Source: Tubulanus polymorphus (Eukaryota; Animalia; Nemertea). Taken from it: DNA of 64,000 nucleotides. Below are positions 38,033 through 52,200 of the stretch, in pieces (the stretch's first letter is position 1; each line of letters starts with the position of its first letter). The stretch is taken from positions 7,917,122-7,981,121 of the forward strand of contig NC_134030.1 in the NCBI RefSeq assembly GCF_964204645.1. The letters are read 5' to 3'. Both the position numbers and the translations under genes were made by a program. The notes below the pieces were generated by a model. The model was not told the DNA's origin and did no database searches. It saw nothing but the letters and a program-made list of their open reading frames with translations.

Positions 38033-41000
38033 CTACCTCCCTTCCCTTATGTGTGAGCCTGACTACGATTAGAAAAAAAAACACTGTATGTCTATACGAA
38101 GCAACAAATTATTGACGATAATGATGAATGCATCCGACCAGACGTTATACTCGTTCGGCGCGATTGGATTACACTTTTTACATCAGTTCTACACACAGAT
38201 AATGACTAACGTCGCGAGGCAAATCTATCTTAAAGCGCGCCAAGACGCTTGGTCGACAATGGGATGATGATGTGTCGTGTCGTTTAATGACTGTTTACTT
38301 TCGTGAAGGACGTGATTAGTCAACAAATTGTTCAGATTGACGCCTGCGAATATAATTGATTGCAGATTCATCTTTATATCGGAACGCTTAACGTCAGTAC
38401 ATTGGCTGTATCTGCGAGAACCAGATATTCAGTAACCAAATGAAATTCAATTTAACGGTTTTCGGTACGCGACATTCTTAACGGGGTGTGTATAGGAACT
38501 ATGTGGCTTCCACCGCTGTAAAATTCAAAACGACAGGGCGGATGAATTCGGTATTCAATGTCAAACAATGACGGTGAATGAGTCGGGTTCCCTATAACGG
38601 CACTGAAAAGCTCAATCCACTCGGAAGAGCTTTTAGGCGTGTGAGATTATGAAAACGAATGCGCACCAAAGCCATAGCATAAGTCGCTTTTGCATTGGCA
38701 GCAGAGGAGGCTTTCCGATATAAGCTCCTAGATTAAAACGAAAAGTTCGAGTTCCGTGAAAGGATTACATTTAAAGATGTCGTATCCGTCCATCTTTGAA
38801 AGTCTTGATTACCATGGCCTCGTACGATCCGCAAGTCTAAACGCCCGGTGATGATCTTCCCCACGCAGTCTCAGAATAAAAATCGTGACATCCAATTAAG
38901 AATTGAAAAATCTTCTTTTTAGGAAATCATCTTTTAGAATATTAATTCCAAGAAGCGAATAACGCTTAAAGGTTTCTTATTTATATCGATATCAGGGAGT
39001 GAACACGGGCTGAACTGTGTTAGTCCTTTTCATCGATTTCAGTCCAGTTCTAACACATTATTTGCTATCAATAAAGTAAATGTGACAACTTCCATAAAAA
39101 CAGAATTGCCTCCCATCATAAATTTAGTCGACCCTCTTGTGAAAATTAGAAAATACTTTATTGAAAAACAGCATGAAAATATTCTAAATAATTTATTAAG
39201 TGCAAATCACTTGGTGCAAACTACATTCTATGGCAAGTAGTGTTGTCAAATATCCAATAATATTGCGAGACCGAGAGCGTCAGAATTCTGTTGATTTCAA
39301 ATAATGGCACGTCGATATTTAAGGCCGGCGTGTATACACCATCATGGTTTCCGAACGCGGACGAAATGGAAAATGTGCGGTGTCCCCGAAGAATGGACAT
39401 AAACCTACTTGAAACAAGAACCCAGGTGCGCTTGTCAGATGTAAGAAATAAAATTTCACGAAAGATAATGAAAATGACCGAACGAAATTGTATTTTCGTG
39501 TCCGCACGATTTGCGCTCTTGAGAGCGATCTAGCATTAGCTTTCCTGCACTCTCGTCAGTACACGCGTTTATCGTATGAAGAACTTAAGACTCGTCGAGG
39601 TAAAGAGACGACGAACCTAGCGCGATTCTTGGTGTTGAGTCGTCTTGCTCTTGTCGTTTGTGTGGATCGGTTACATCTAACCGGCAAGAAAAATTAAGGA
39701 ATATTCCCTTTGAAAATATGTGGAAAGATAAGGAATATGAATCCGTATGATTTTTGTTTTTGTCTTATAAATGGGGATGCAGGAATTTGACATTTGAACA
39801 AATTAAAAGGAAAAATAAGAGAATTTCCCATTCCCATATTTGCATAGTATATAATGATGAATGTAGCGCAATAGTCTGATACGTGAAATAGAATGTTCCA
39901 ATGTTGCAGCACTATAAAATTCGAGACACGCCTTCGTGAAAGCATTTAGTCAACGCAGAGATGAACAAGACTAAGCAATTGGAATCGTCACACGGCAACA
40001 CGATAACGAATCGATGCACTTCGATTTATTCCCATGTTGATGGGTCACCGTCTCCAGGGTCGCAAGGTCGCCGCGCCCGGAAGTACGGTCACGTTACAAA
40101 GTCTACCGCGGATACATCAATGCACTCTGACAATCAAGTCAACAAAATCGATGGAAACCTTAACATTTCAACTTCTGAAAGACCCCGCATCTGCGCGGCA
40201 ATTCACTAATCAAAAGATTTCAGAAGGAATTTACCCGATAATTTTAGTGCTTCCAATGCACGTGAGTAGTAGCCCCATTGCGAGTTGACATAATTCATCG
40301 AGAGCCGATTCATAGCTGTCGGATCTTTTGCGGCGATTTTTCACGACGACTCGGAGACTCGGTTTTATGTCCGGAAAAGAAAGTCGAAATTGTCTTGTAA
40401 CGCGTAATAAAATATGGAAAGATGGATATCTGCGTAAAATAATAGAATATGACGTCTGCGACTTGTCAAGCTAATGAAGATCTATCGTGATTTTGCTGAT
40501 TATATTGAATTAGTTTGACCAAGGGTAATCCAATGGCTTCGAGCATTGATCATACTACAAATAATTCAATTTCGGATCATACAAATTGCGCTACGCTCGT
40601 TCACCGCCCCATGTTCTATGGAGATAATTAGTGCAGCCGATACGAATGTATATGTTAAACAGAATATCTGAACGGAAATATCATTACCGCTGATTTTGTT
40701 TATTGTTCGACAGACTCGGTGAAATTCGACCGTTGATTTGACATCCTTGAGAATTTCTTGATCATACAGGCCCATCTATTTCTCGACTTGTCTTTGTTAA
40801 GAGTTTATATGGCAATTAAGACGAATATATTTACGAGTACGATGGCAAAACTATTGATATCAAAATCAGAAGAACAGCTTGTAGCTTGTAGTTCACGCAG
40901 GATTACGCAATGTAATGAGTAGCAGGAGACGTCACGGTGGTGGGAGATGTGCAAAATCCCGTCCGAAGAAGAAGTTTCCCATTTTCTGAATTCCTCAATG

Positions 41001-42839
41001 ATATCAGAAAAAGAACCAAGTCCGCGCAATTTGAAATTAACCGATATTTACATTATGTCTGTCGTCTATGCAACACTTTATTACGGACGTCGTCTCATAG
41101 CGTGTCTCCTTTCAATTTCTACCGGTCTCCGTTTCAGCAACTTGAATACCCTGTAAATATTAATTTGTCACTCCGGAAAAATGTAATAATAATTTGATAT
41201 AGCGAACGTTATTTATTGAAAAGTTTACCGCGCTGTTGCAAACAGACGCGAGTAAACACGTTCGTACGGCGGCCGGGCCAGACAAAAATTTCGATTCATT
41301 CAAAATCAACTATACGATGGCGGCTGTGAGCTAACAGCAAATATAATAAATTTCCGATCAATTGTCACTACGTTGATGAATCAGCGCAGGGAATTCCTCG
41401 TCTGTTCAATATTACCCTCGTCAATTATATTGCAAAATTCGCAATACTCCCAGCCTCGTCTGTCGTCGGTGTACTGAATCGCTCGTGGTACCGCCACCGC
41501 GGCCTGGTTCGTTTCACACGCGCCGAGAGTTTCTCATCGACACGTCGCTCGCTCAATAACCTTTTATCCGGCGATGATAACGACGATTTCTGATCTCTTA
41601 TTTTTTCTTTCAATCAAAAAAAGGCTCAATCAGAATTCCACCCGAAACACTCTCAATATCGCCGGCGTCACTTGCGCGAGTTATAGTGTGCATGCACGAA
41701 TCCCGTAAAAAGAAAACCTACACTACACGGTAAATTATAAGCATTACGCGCCATTCACGTTCCATCCGATTACTTGAGATAAAAAAAACCATTTGGACTT
41801 AGTTTAATACTGACTGGCTCATTATCAGCCCGGTCACGATATGATTGATTAATTACCAACTTGTTATAAGTAAGGTTTCCTCCGGTAAGACGAGCAAGAA
41901 TAAATTGTCCATCGCCGCATAGCTCGGCAATCAATTTGCTTTACGTTGATTTTGTTCTGCTTCGTTAAGATTGCATTTCTTCAAAAAGAATTCTTATGAA
42001 TATCAAAGATATCTCATAAGATACCACCGTTTAACTGCGAATAATAATAAATATACGAACAATAATACACTTTGATATCGTTTTTGTTTATTCTTAATTG
42101 TGAAGAATTCTTAATTGTGAAGAAAAAAACCGATTGTGTTGTGGAAACAATCGATGCTTTCCCGAAACACGACCTTGAACTTTATAATGACAACGTGACA
42201 AAACCGCGCTTAATAATTCAATAATTCTTTTTTTTCTATTCGTCGCCGTTAACGGCAGTCTCTCCCACACTCGTTGTTTGTTGTTCGCCCGTACATTCCT
42301 AGTATATTTCGTCGGTGTGGTGTATTTTTTTTCAATGAATCGCTATCTGATTTTCGCGGGCAGAACATTTTTCACCAGGCAGTATATGCGCAATGTTTGA
42401 TACATCAGAAGAAATGTTATCATGTTGTTTGTATTGATAATGCCCCGACGCGAGTATCATAATAATTCGACAATCGACTTTCGTCGTTAATAATGCTTAA
42501 ATTGAACATTTAGCCGGTGAGAAATATAAGACGCATTTTATCGCCTGGAGCAGGATGGCATAAAATCAAAGTTCGCGACTACGCGTTTCACGATGACGTT
42601 ATGAAGCATTGTCGCTTTTGTACTTAAATAAGAAGTTGAATTGTCGACAGAAGTTGTAAATAAGGGTCTAATGACGGAAAATTCGACCCCGTAAACGGTT
42701 TCGGCTAATTATCGCGCGGGTCTGCCCCGTCGAGAAATGTGCAATTAATGCCCGTTTCGTTGTTACAAGATCGACGTAACTGGATTCATAAGAATCACTT
42801 GAGAAGGAGGTCGGCATATCTATCCGGCATACAACATGC

Positions 42840-43333
42840 GCACAAACACTCTCAGCCACCGCCGCCAACGACAACGACGACGCTGCTGCAGACGAGATGA
42901 GAGAGTTACATCCACCAATCCATTGCTGCTGTGTCATTGATTGAGTCTCGCATCCACCGAAGAGGAGAGTGAAGACACGCGACTGGGAAGTCATCGGCAA
43001 CACACAGTATTTGTAGCGGTTACCACGCCACTACGCCGGTTCTATACCCAGTTCTCTATTTATCCGTCGAACTGTCCATCTTTCACTCTTTCCTACTGTG
43101 ACTTGATCCGCACTTTGCGCAGACATTCGGATTTATGCTGACTAATCGGCTTTATATTCGCCAAATCGTGGATTACGGTTTAGTGATTAAAGCGACGGAG
43201 GCTACCGGAATATCGTTAGCTACGAAGCAGATTTGCAAGACGAACACACGATATACGTACTTATGATAGCGCGGCCGGACATCCCATGCGGGAATTTCAT
43301 AAGTTCTGGCGGAAATGCGTCGAACATTAAAAG
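42840..43333 (+). promoter_or_regulatory. Candidate first exon/5' leader of a large plus-strand gene
   Basis: CpG-rich leader-like sequence (GCC/GAC runs) ends at a strong donor AAG|GTAAGC. Possible ATGs at 43263 and 43315. Confidence 0.45.
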
Positions 43334-46300
43334 GTAAGCTAATTTTGACGTTCGGTTTCTTTACCTAGTCACGAAATTGATATTTCCGCAATACAACACG
43401 CTATTCCTGCTACAATGACTTGAGGCTGTGTTTAGCGGATAGATTTTTATTTCAAAAGATTATTTACAAAATTCCGTTTAGTAAAAGGTTAAACAAAACT
43501 CTAGCTTCGAGGAACGAGTCTTCGTAATACGATTGCGGGCATATTTTTACGGCGGTTTTCATTAGAAACGACAATGGAATGCGAGGCCTAATGTTGCCTT
43601 CTAGCGATGAAGTCAAATGAAGAAATGAATAGACAGCAAACCTCATTTGCCCGACTCGGTCGGTCTCATATTTGCGGCGACACAAAATTTAGCATGTATC
43701 CCCGAAGCGTTGACGCGATGCCGCAGCTTAAGACAAATGAATAGGTATGACGGAACGTTATAGATCATTTGTCTTGTCGCATGTATAGCGATGGGAGTTC
43801 CGACCGAGTCGCAATCGGTCTAATAAAGCGCGCGCGCAAATGAAACCATCAACGAAATCACCCTGCTGCAATTCGAGTCAATTTTATGTGGCTCTTAATT
43901 CGTTTGTGAAATTGAGATTTAAAGGGGCCTTAAACTCGTAAGCTTGTTTGTAGTGATGGATGACTATTTATTTGACGGATGACAGTTAATATCTCACTGG
44001 TGCGATGAATTAACTGCTCTGGGAATACGGCTCCGGTAGCTTATCGATTTAGCCCCGCAGCCCAAGATGGCTAACTGCCTACTGTTTGAAATTTACATGG
44101 TCTTGATTTGATTGACTTGTCTAGATTACCTTGCTCACGCTGTTTTGTGCAGATTTATGGATCGCCTTCGGTTTGGCTGGGTTTCTTTATTTTGTTTTGT
44201 ATATCGCGACGTGTTAATATACATATCGCAGCGTCTCACCGAGCGACACCGATCGAACTCTCGAGTGTCGAGATCTCTAAAAATTATCCGTTTTTGACTG
44301 AAAAACCCTTTATCCGGTCTGGAAGCAGGTCCAATAACATCAGAAAATCTACTCTCGGTTTTCATATCATTTTCATCGACTACCCACGTTAAAAAGTCGT
44401 ATGTCACTCGCTTGCATTTGTTGCGTTTTTGAAATGAACTAACCTACGAAGCCGATATTTTGCAGAGGGTGTATGCCTTTTTTAATATGTATTTGTTAAG
44501 TAAGTTTTCGTGTTGTCCTCTGATTTGAATACTGCTTCGACAACTTTTGAAACTATAGCAAAGAACAAAAATAAAGAAAGGAACAGAAAACCGAGTAACC
44601 CGACGCGATGAGTTCCACTGTCGAAACTTCGTCAATCCCATAGCAAAAAAGACGCAATTATCTGTTTGATATTATATCACCATCAACGCGTTGTTTCAAA
44701 TTGCAGCGCGAGATTGCGGCGAGATTGCACGAGATTGCCATTCTTATCAAGAAGTTTCTATTCTGCAGAGACAACTTATGATAACAAATTCTACGCGGTT
44801 ACTAGAATCCCATATGTAAATGCCTTCCGGACGAACAAGCATAACAAAATATTGCCGAACTGCGAATAGCGAATGACGCAAAGCTGAATTGGCGTTATTT
44901 ATATGTATACGTCATACTATATCGGATAACTTTCCCGTAGTTACTGCGTATCAGGGGACGATGCTGAATTTGACAGGGGAGCCGATCGTATGAGTGTGTG
45001 TGTGTGCGTGGTATCAGCGTCAAACTTTCCGACGATGGCGTTGTTGCAGCAGCGGGACGCGTCATTTACATAACAGGCCCTAATTACAGGAGTCAACCGT
45101 GCGGTGTCACGAACCACCGTGCAATCCCCGTCTAGTTTGACGTCGTCATAGAAACATGCAAATTATTTCTCCACGTCAGTGTTCACCGATCCGATGCGAT
45201 TTTCGACAGTTTTTACCCAAAGCTGTCGAAGTTTACACCCGCAAGAGAGTCGCGCCTTTCTTGGGATCTTCTCTCGCTTGGCACGTTTTCGGAATTAGCT
45301 CTTCAACGTCTACGGCGAAAACGAAGTTTCTGTCGTCAAGGTTCATCTACTTAAGGATCCCACGTGTATTTTTTACATCGTTTTCCGTGAATGTTAGATC
45401 AATAATCTGACTGGGCGCAGACCATAAATTCAATCACTACATTCTCCCGTTTGTCTCAGTTCTAACCCAGACGATACAAGGTCGTCGATTGTCCCACTAA
45501 CAACGATATTCTATTTAGCCGCGAATATCGGTTTCATTCTTATTGAAAACCGGAATGAAAGAAACACCAACAACGTCTAATCGTTTCATCTCTAAGAATC
45601 TCTGAAATAAGATGGCCTTGTCTGAAACAAACCGTACACCAATCTTACTCCGAATGAGTTCAAAAATATTTAATCCTCGTCGCGGTTAGCGGGCAAATCG
45701 TCTATGAATTTTTCATTAAAACGTATCGGTTTCGCGTGAATTCAATTCCATCAAAACATCATCCTGGAAACAAGAAACTAAATCGATTGTGTTCAATAAC
45801 ACGATTTAGACGCATTTTTCTTCGTTTTGATATCTTTATTCGGTAACTTCCATACTGAACGTGATTCGTCGAGTCACAAGCGTTAAAGAACACACTTCAA
45901 ATGCTCACAAAACATAAATAGTGAGGTCAAAAGAAAGATCTATTTAAAGAGGCTTGATGTAAGTAATACAAGACCGAAGTTTAAGTGAAATCGAACTCAT
46001 ATTTATGGCGACTAATCAATGCATTACTGGTAAGGTAAAAGGGTGCGCAGACAACACAAGGATAAGTAGATGAGTGAGTATTGATAAAAAAAAGTCTACC
46101 AAAAGGTCGAAATAAGGGAATCGAACCCATACGAAAACGGTAATGGCAGACGACAAGTGCGATAAGAATCTCGGTATGTATGTATTCGATAGAGGATACA
46201 ACCGCGATAAGACATCAATAATAAATTGATTATTCAGCTCAGCAATAAAGAAAAACGCACGGAATATTGGTATTTGTGAATAAGAATGAACCGATATTTT

Positions 46301-46599
46301 GCAGTGCTACCAATTTTTGATATAGAACGCACGGCGTGTCGGGTTATTACTAATTATTAATAATCAATCGAAAAGTAATTGCGTGTTTTGAAGCATAATT
46401 GTAATCGCATGATTTGAAATACTCGATAGTTGAGACCGGATGATGGTGGAAACACCGCTAGTACATTTTTGTGCTATGGCCAGTACGTGAAACACTAGTC
46501 ACATCCTAATTGTTAAAACTATCCACACCGTAGTTAGATCCTGCCATGCATTTCATCGAATAACTCATATGTCTTTGCATAAGTTTTCATATTGGCGGT

Positions 46600-46930
46600 T
46601 ATGGTGGCTGAAAAGTATGGTGGCTATTTCGGGTAAAAAGAAATATCCCGTTTTTGCGCGCCAACACGGATTTTTATCCTTTTGCCGCCATTATTCCGTT
46701 TAGGCGCCCCTGCTATTAAAACGGACATTCAACCACAGTAGAATTATCTTAAATGCAAATTATGCAGATTAATCTCAGGCTCAATGCGCAAATTTGAAAA
46801 ATGGTTTTACTAGAGTTTTTGTTTGGCGGGGGCTCCAAAACGTAAAAACGGGAAAATGCCCAAAAAAATCCGTTGGAACGGAAATACTTTGTCGGCGCCA
46901 AAACGGATAATAATTCCATAAATATACCTT
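46600..46930. mobile_element. Degenerate relative of the 9669-10311 MITE
   Basis: Starts TATGGTGGCTGA and contains GCGCCAAAACGG-like units. Confidence 0.5.
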
Positions 46931-48940
46931 ATGGTCTTTATGGTTTCATACCAATTTTTAGAGTTTAAAAGCAATTTTGTGCAATGAAAAGAAGTATCTT
47001 AACATGAAGATTAAACGAAATCTATAATTCTCGTCGTAGATGGAAACTCAGAATTGACATTTTGTTGGAAAAAGCTCAAATAGATATACGTTTTTGAGAC
47101 CATTAATAGCAGTCCTTTCATAAGTCAAAGCAACTTCGATGGCATCTGAGCACTGTCACGGAACACACTACTATCACCAGAACTTTGGTCGTAATTGGGT
47201 AGCGAAATTCTTAATCATTAATTAACCAGACGGGATGTCGTCTTTTTATCGCTTCGTTTGAAGAAGATTAAACCTTGATCAAACCCGAAAAGAAAAAAGC
47301 TTTCCGTATAAAACCAAGTGCTTATTTGTATGCATAGTGCATCTAACCACCCGGAAAGCGTCGACTCAGAGCTTTTGCAAAAAACTTCCCGGTGAACCAC
47401 GTCATCATCGGTTTCATTTAACACCACGAAGTTTCACGCCGCTGCGAGTAGATATCCTTCGTAAAAAACTATACCTGTCAGTCAACAGAAACTGACGGGT
47501 GGGGCTAATAATAAAACAAACCAAAACTTTTCAATTCTTGTAATTCATCTTCCTCGTGCCAATTTACACTGCACACCACAGAAAACAAAGTACGAAGCCC
47601 ATCTAATGTATCGCGACGGTATGAAAATAATTGTGAATACCAATTGAGGTTTTCTGAAATATGAAAACACTTTGGAAGAGAGAAACTTCAGCATATGTAG
47701 GCTATCGTTTTTCGATAAAATGTGCCACTTTTCGCTCGATTCATTTCGCCGTCATTCGTCGTTGACGCATGTCTTATGCTTTACAACACTATACTTTCGA
47801 CATGTCATTTGCTCGTGGTACATCCGTCGACGAATAAGTCCATGGTACATCCTAACTCCACCATCACATTACACGTACGTATAGTTCCGATGACAAAGCC
47901 TGTTTTTTTTTATGCGGCGATACTGCGCTGATGCACCCTATACGAACGCTTTATCCATACAATCTTATTGCCGTCGCCAGTGCTAACATTGTCACGCCTG
48001 AAGCCAATAGAAGCAATGTCGACAATTCAACGTGATTCCGTCCCCACCACCCAAGAGCCGTTATCACTCGGAGGCACGATGATCCTTTTTAAAGGCTTGT
48101 TCCAATAGTCACGATACAGCGCGCTGTGTTGGACAAACAGTACAGTTAAGTAGATAATTAAAAAGCCATCACATCGGCCACGGTAACTTTTCGCAGTCAC
48201 AACTAGCACGTTAGATCACCAATTTCGGTCCATTCTAGGTTTTTTTAAGGGCGTGACCTCTCTTCCTGGTGCAACCTGGTTCTACCACCGCTGAGATAGA
48301 TTCTTCATTGTTATGCAACGGTTGTCAGCCGAGCCCCCAAGATATATAGGAAATTAACTTTGCTAGGATGGTCAATAGGATGACCAATATGTCACACGTG
48401 GTTACGAATATTTCACTTGTGTTATCTATCAAATATCTGGAAGTTAGTCCCTACTGTATCCTTCTGCATGGGGTCCTATATTACCGAATGAAGTTGGAAA
48501 GCGCCTCGGGAATCCGTCTTCCCAGTACTCACCCTCGCGTGGCAAATGTTGATTGAGTATGACCGTCATTTTTGCTCGTTGGCGCCTGTCGTCATGTGCC
48601 TCACCGGGGGACTTCGAGAGGCTCATTGCCGCCGGAACAAATCGACTGAACGTTTAAAGATTTTGATCAATAAATCGAGTGCCCTCGTCCTCCCGTCGCC
48701 GCCGCCGATTCGCAGCTAGTATAGTTAGAGTTCATCTGGATCGGTGACTGAACGGAGATGAATATCGCATCTGATATATTTGAATTATGCAACGACAACC
48801 GTGATTCATCAGACGCGTTATCTGACTTATAGCTAATTAACTAACTAGCTAACTAACGTCCTGCGCCTGCCATCTGATTACAAGGTCGGTACGAATTTAA
48901 GCGGCGCGAGCGCAAACATAATTTCTTACTTCATGGTATC

Positions 48941-49270
48941 CCCGCTAGCCAGGGTTTGATTACCGCCCGCCGAAACTCACACCAACATATAGCCTTGGCC
49001 GCAAAATCTCCATTGGTCTATCACACCGCCCAAGAATTCTTCTCAGCGCCCACAAGTCTATATATCTAACCAATCAAATTGTATTGATACAGCAAACCTG
49101 CCGGTAAAAAACAACGCATCTGATTGGCTTGATAGACTGGTGGGCTCTGAGCGGTCACCCATCCTTCCCAAAAAAACTTGGGCGCTGTAATAGACCAATG
49201 AAGGGTTTGCAGCCGGGTTTTTAGTTGGTGTAAACTTCGGCGCGAGGCAATCAAACCCTGGCAAGCGAGG
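48941..49270. mobile_element. MITE-like element with ~40-bp TIRs
   Basis: CGCTAGCCAGGGTTTGATTACCGCCCGCCGAAACTCACACC is mirrored by GGTGTAAACTTCGGCGCGAGGCAATCAAACCCTGGCAAGCG. Confidence 0.8.
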
Positions 49271-52200
49271 ATGGATTTATGGTGAAATATACGTTCTCCA
49301 CGGAGACGTTTAAACGGCTTCGTGTCACGAATATCCCTAACATAGTTTCAACGATAAGAACTTGCTCTAAATGTAGAATTTTTCAGTAACATTTGAATAA
49401 TACGGCCCACTTGAGGCAACGCAAATCAATTCTTACATGATTCAAGTGGAATACCAAAAAAGTCTATTGCGTTTATTCAAAGGCTAAGTGTTAATGAAAT
49501 CAGTTATAATTCACTTGTATATAAGGCAATTAGGTGGAATGTGATATTTGGAAAATCATGCATATGATACGTGTCGTGTGAAATACAAATGAAAAGCTGC
49601 GATTTTCACACGCCGGCTGGGCGCGTACTACAAATCTATGTATCAATTTGACAACAATCAGCCACCTCAAACGCAACGATCTAATCGAATATATCTGCAA
49701 TTGATGTACAGGGAAGCTTCATTGCCGCGAGATAAATCGGCGGAACATTTAAGTTGATCAATAAAGATCTATGCATTAATCTCCACATCTTCATCCCAGT
49801 CCATCAATTAACATCCACGTAGCAAGCCTCACTAGCTATTAATAAGCCCGCCGCAGAGACTAAGTATATTTGTGGCTTGCCGTGTGATTTAAAGCCTGTC
49901 AAATCCACTGTAAATCTCGGCCATTTGGATCACATTCGAGCCACCGGCGTCCGTACAATCCAGGCTATAGAGAAATAACTCAATAAATCGAGGTGTCTAC
50001 GTATGAAAATATACGTCGATAGTTCAACTGCCCCTGTGGCATACCTCTACGTATTCTGTCATCCGTTATTACTTAATTACCCATATAGGGCGGAAGGCAC
50101 GATAAATTCGCACCGCACGCTTTTATGTACGTGCCGGGATTCAAAGCGTAAAGTATCGCGGGATGCCTCATAAGAGAACATTAACCGTCCAAGAATTCAG
50201 CCAAGGGGTACAAGGTATATATATACCCATAATGATGGACGATCAATTTCGATTCATGTCGTTGTGTAAGTGAATTACGTATAGGAAAAGGCATAATAGT
50301 GATTATGTCAGGGATTATGAATCACCTTGACGCGGATGATTCCTTTACCGGCATCCGCCATTCGCAGCGTTCGGCGCAGGATTCGATGATGAACGTATAC
50401 TTGAACGAAAAAAGAAACTAATTGAAACTAATTGCGAATGTCGCCTCGCTTTTGAAAGAATTATAGAATCATAGATTTGTTTTCATTGAAACTTTACATT
50501 TTTGGACCTTGTTACAAATATAATGTTGAAAAATATGACACCATAATGGGGCTACAATCGCAAATGGGCATTAACCACTGGAAACCGTTTCACTCGTCAA
50601 CTTAGGGTATGAAAAACGTAATTGCTTATTATGCACCTCATCTATAGTTTTAAGTGAATCTTTGTTATTATTTTTCGCCGACGAGATAAGAAATAAATCG
50701 GTTTTAAAGCGCGAGTGGCAATTTTCACGATTAAGAAGCTCGACACATTATCTGGGCCGACGGCGGCAGCCACGAATCAGTGAGATGCTGCTACAGGCGC
50801 TCGTGTCTAATCGTGGCTTCAAGTGAAAAATAATAAGGCTCGCGCGATCGGATACGATTAGCGCCGATTAATCGGTGACGACCGCCGGAATCCGGACGGA
50901 AGAGTGGTGACAGCCTGTGGCATGACGTCTAACGCATCTTGCTAAAAAGTAATTCATTTCCTGAGAGCCTTGAACCAATTAAGCAGAGAAATGGCGCTGG
51001 TATACTTTCGCTTTATCATCAGGATATTAATTCTACGTCCGACGGCGATTGGATCGGTTTTTTTTTATAGAAATCACGAGTGAAATTCATTTTTCTGCAG
51101 TAAATTTGAGTCTCGCTATATATACGTACCTGCAAAGTATTTTAGCCGATAAGAAGCTTCGGACTAGCAGATTAATATGTTAGTTTAAATGGTAGATATC
51201 AACGACCACACGACTCGACCTCCGAGACTTGATGTCAGAGAGCAAATACAGAAGGTCTATTTATAGTATTCTCTCGGGTATGATCTGCTGCAAAAGAAGT
51301 CAGTAAAAGCTATGTTACACAGCGCGCGTGGACATTAAATACAACAGATTACAAATAGGGAACTATCTCCGCCACAGCAGGCTCAGTATATGAAGGCGAA
51401 ATAATGGGGGTAAAGTAGAATGATCACTCTGGAGAGTAAATACTCTATTGTTTCATGTTAATATCGAACCCCTAGAAACATTTCATCTTCAAAAACTCCG
51501 CAGATTGTAATCATAATCTTTGATGAGAATGAATGTATATGATCCGAGAAAGAACACCCATGGGTTTTTACTCGATCAGAAAACTAAATGCGACTTCTAT
51601 TCCCTGGGGCCAGTTTCACAGTTCATACTATATATACTGTCTATCAGCTTTAAGACACACTCAATTCGTTAGTTTATAACTAAAGTGGACCTAGCTTAAA
51701 CCGACGACGTTGCAAGTGAGTAAATTCGTACCCTGAGTCAATGAACGTCGACAATCCTTGACGCACCGTTTTATTGGACCACGAGTAGAGTTTCGATTCG
51801 TGTGGATGAATGGTCCAAAGCGAAAAGAAATCATCATCCCAGATCTAAATCGGGACGAAACTAGATTACAAAATTCCGAAGAAACCTATTTGGCTTTCGG
51901 GGCTTAAGTGCTAGTACATTTCAGATGTTATCGCTTTAGTCAAGACAGTCTGGCGACAGTGGTTACATTGTGGACGAAATAGTAGTTGAACTCCGAGGTC
52001 GATTTGGTATATATTCTATTTCATGCTACAATTATTTATCCGCTCTGATACGAAACACTAATAGATAACAGGATTGAGGCAAAATGTACTGTCGAGTTAT
52101 ACTTTCAAGCTAATATTTTTCTAGAATTTTCAATCATATCATTCTTCTATACGAATAACTTCATGTACGTCGTTGGCCGACGCGACGTCACTATTAGGAT

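Noticed and set aside
40566-41197. Cluster of short protein-looking ORFs on both strands
   Set aside because: No motif, no consistent splice chain and frequent stops. Possibly decayed TE or pseudogene sequence, but unsupported.
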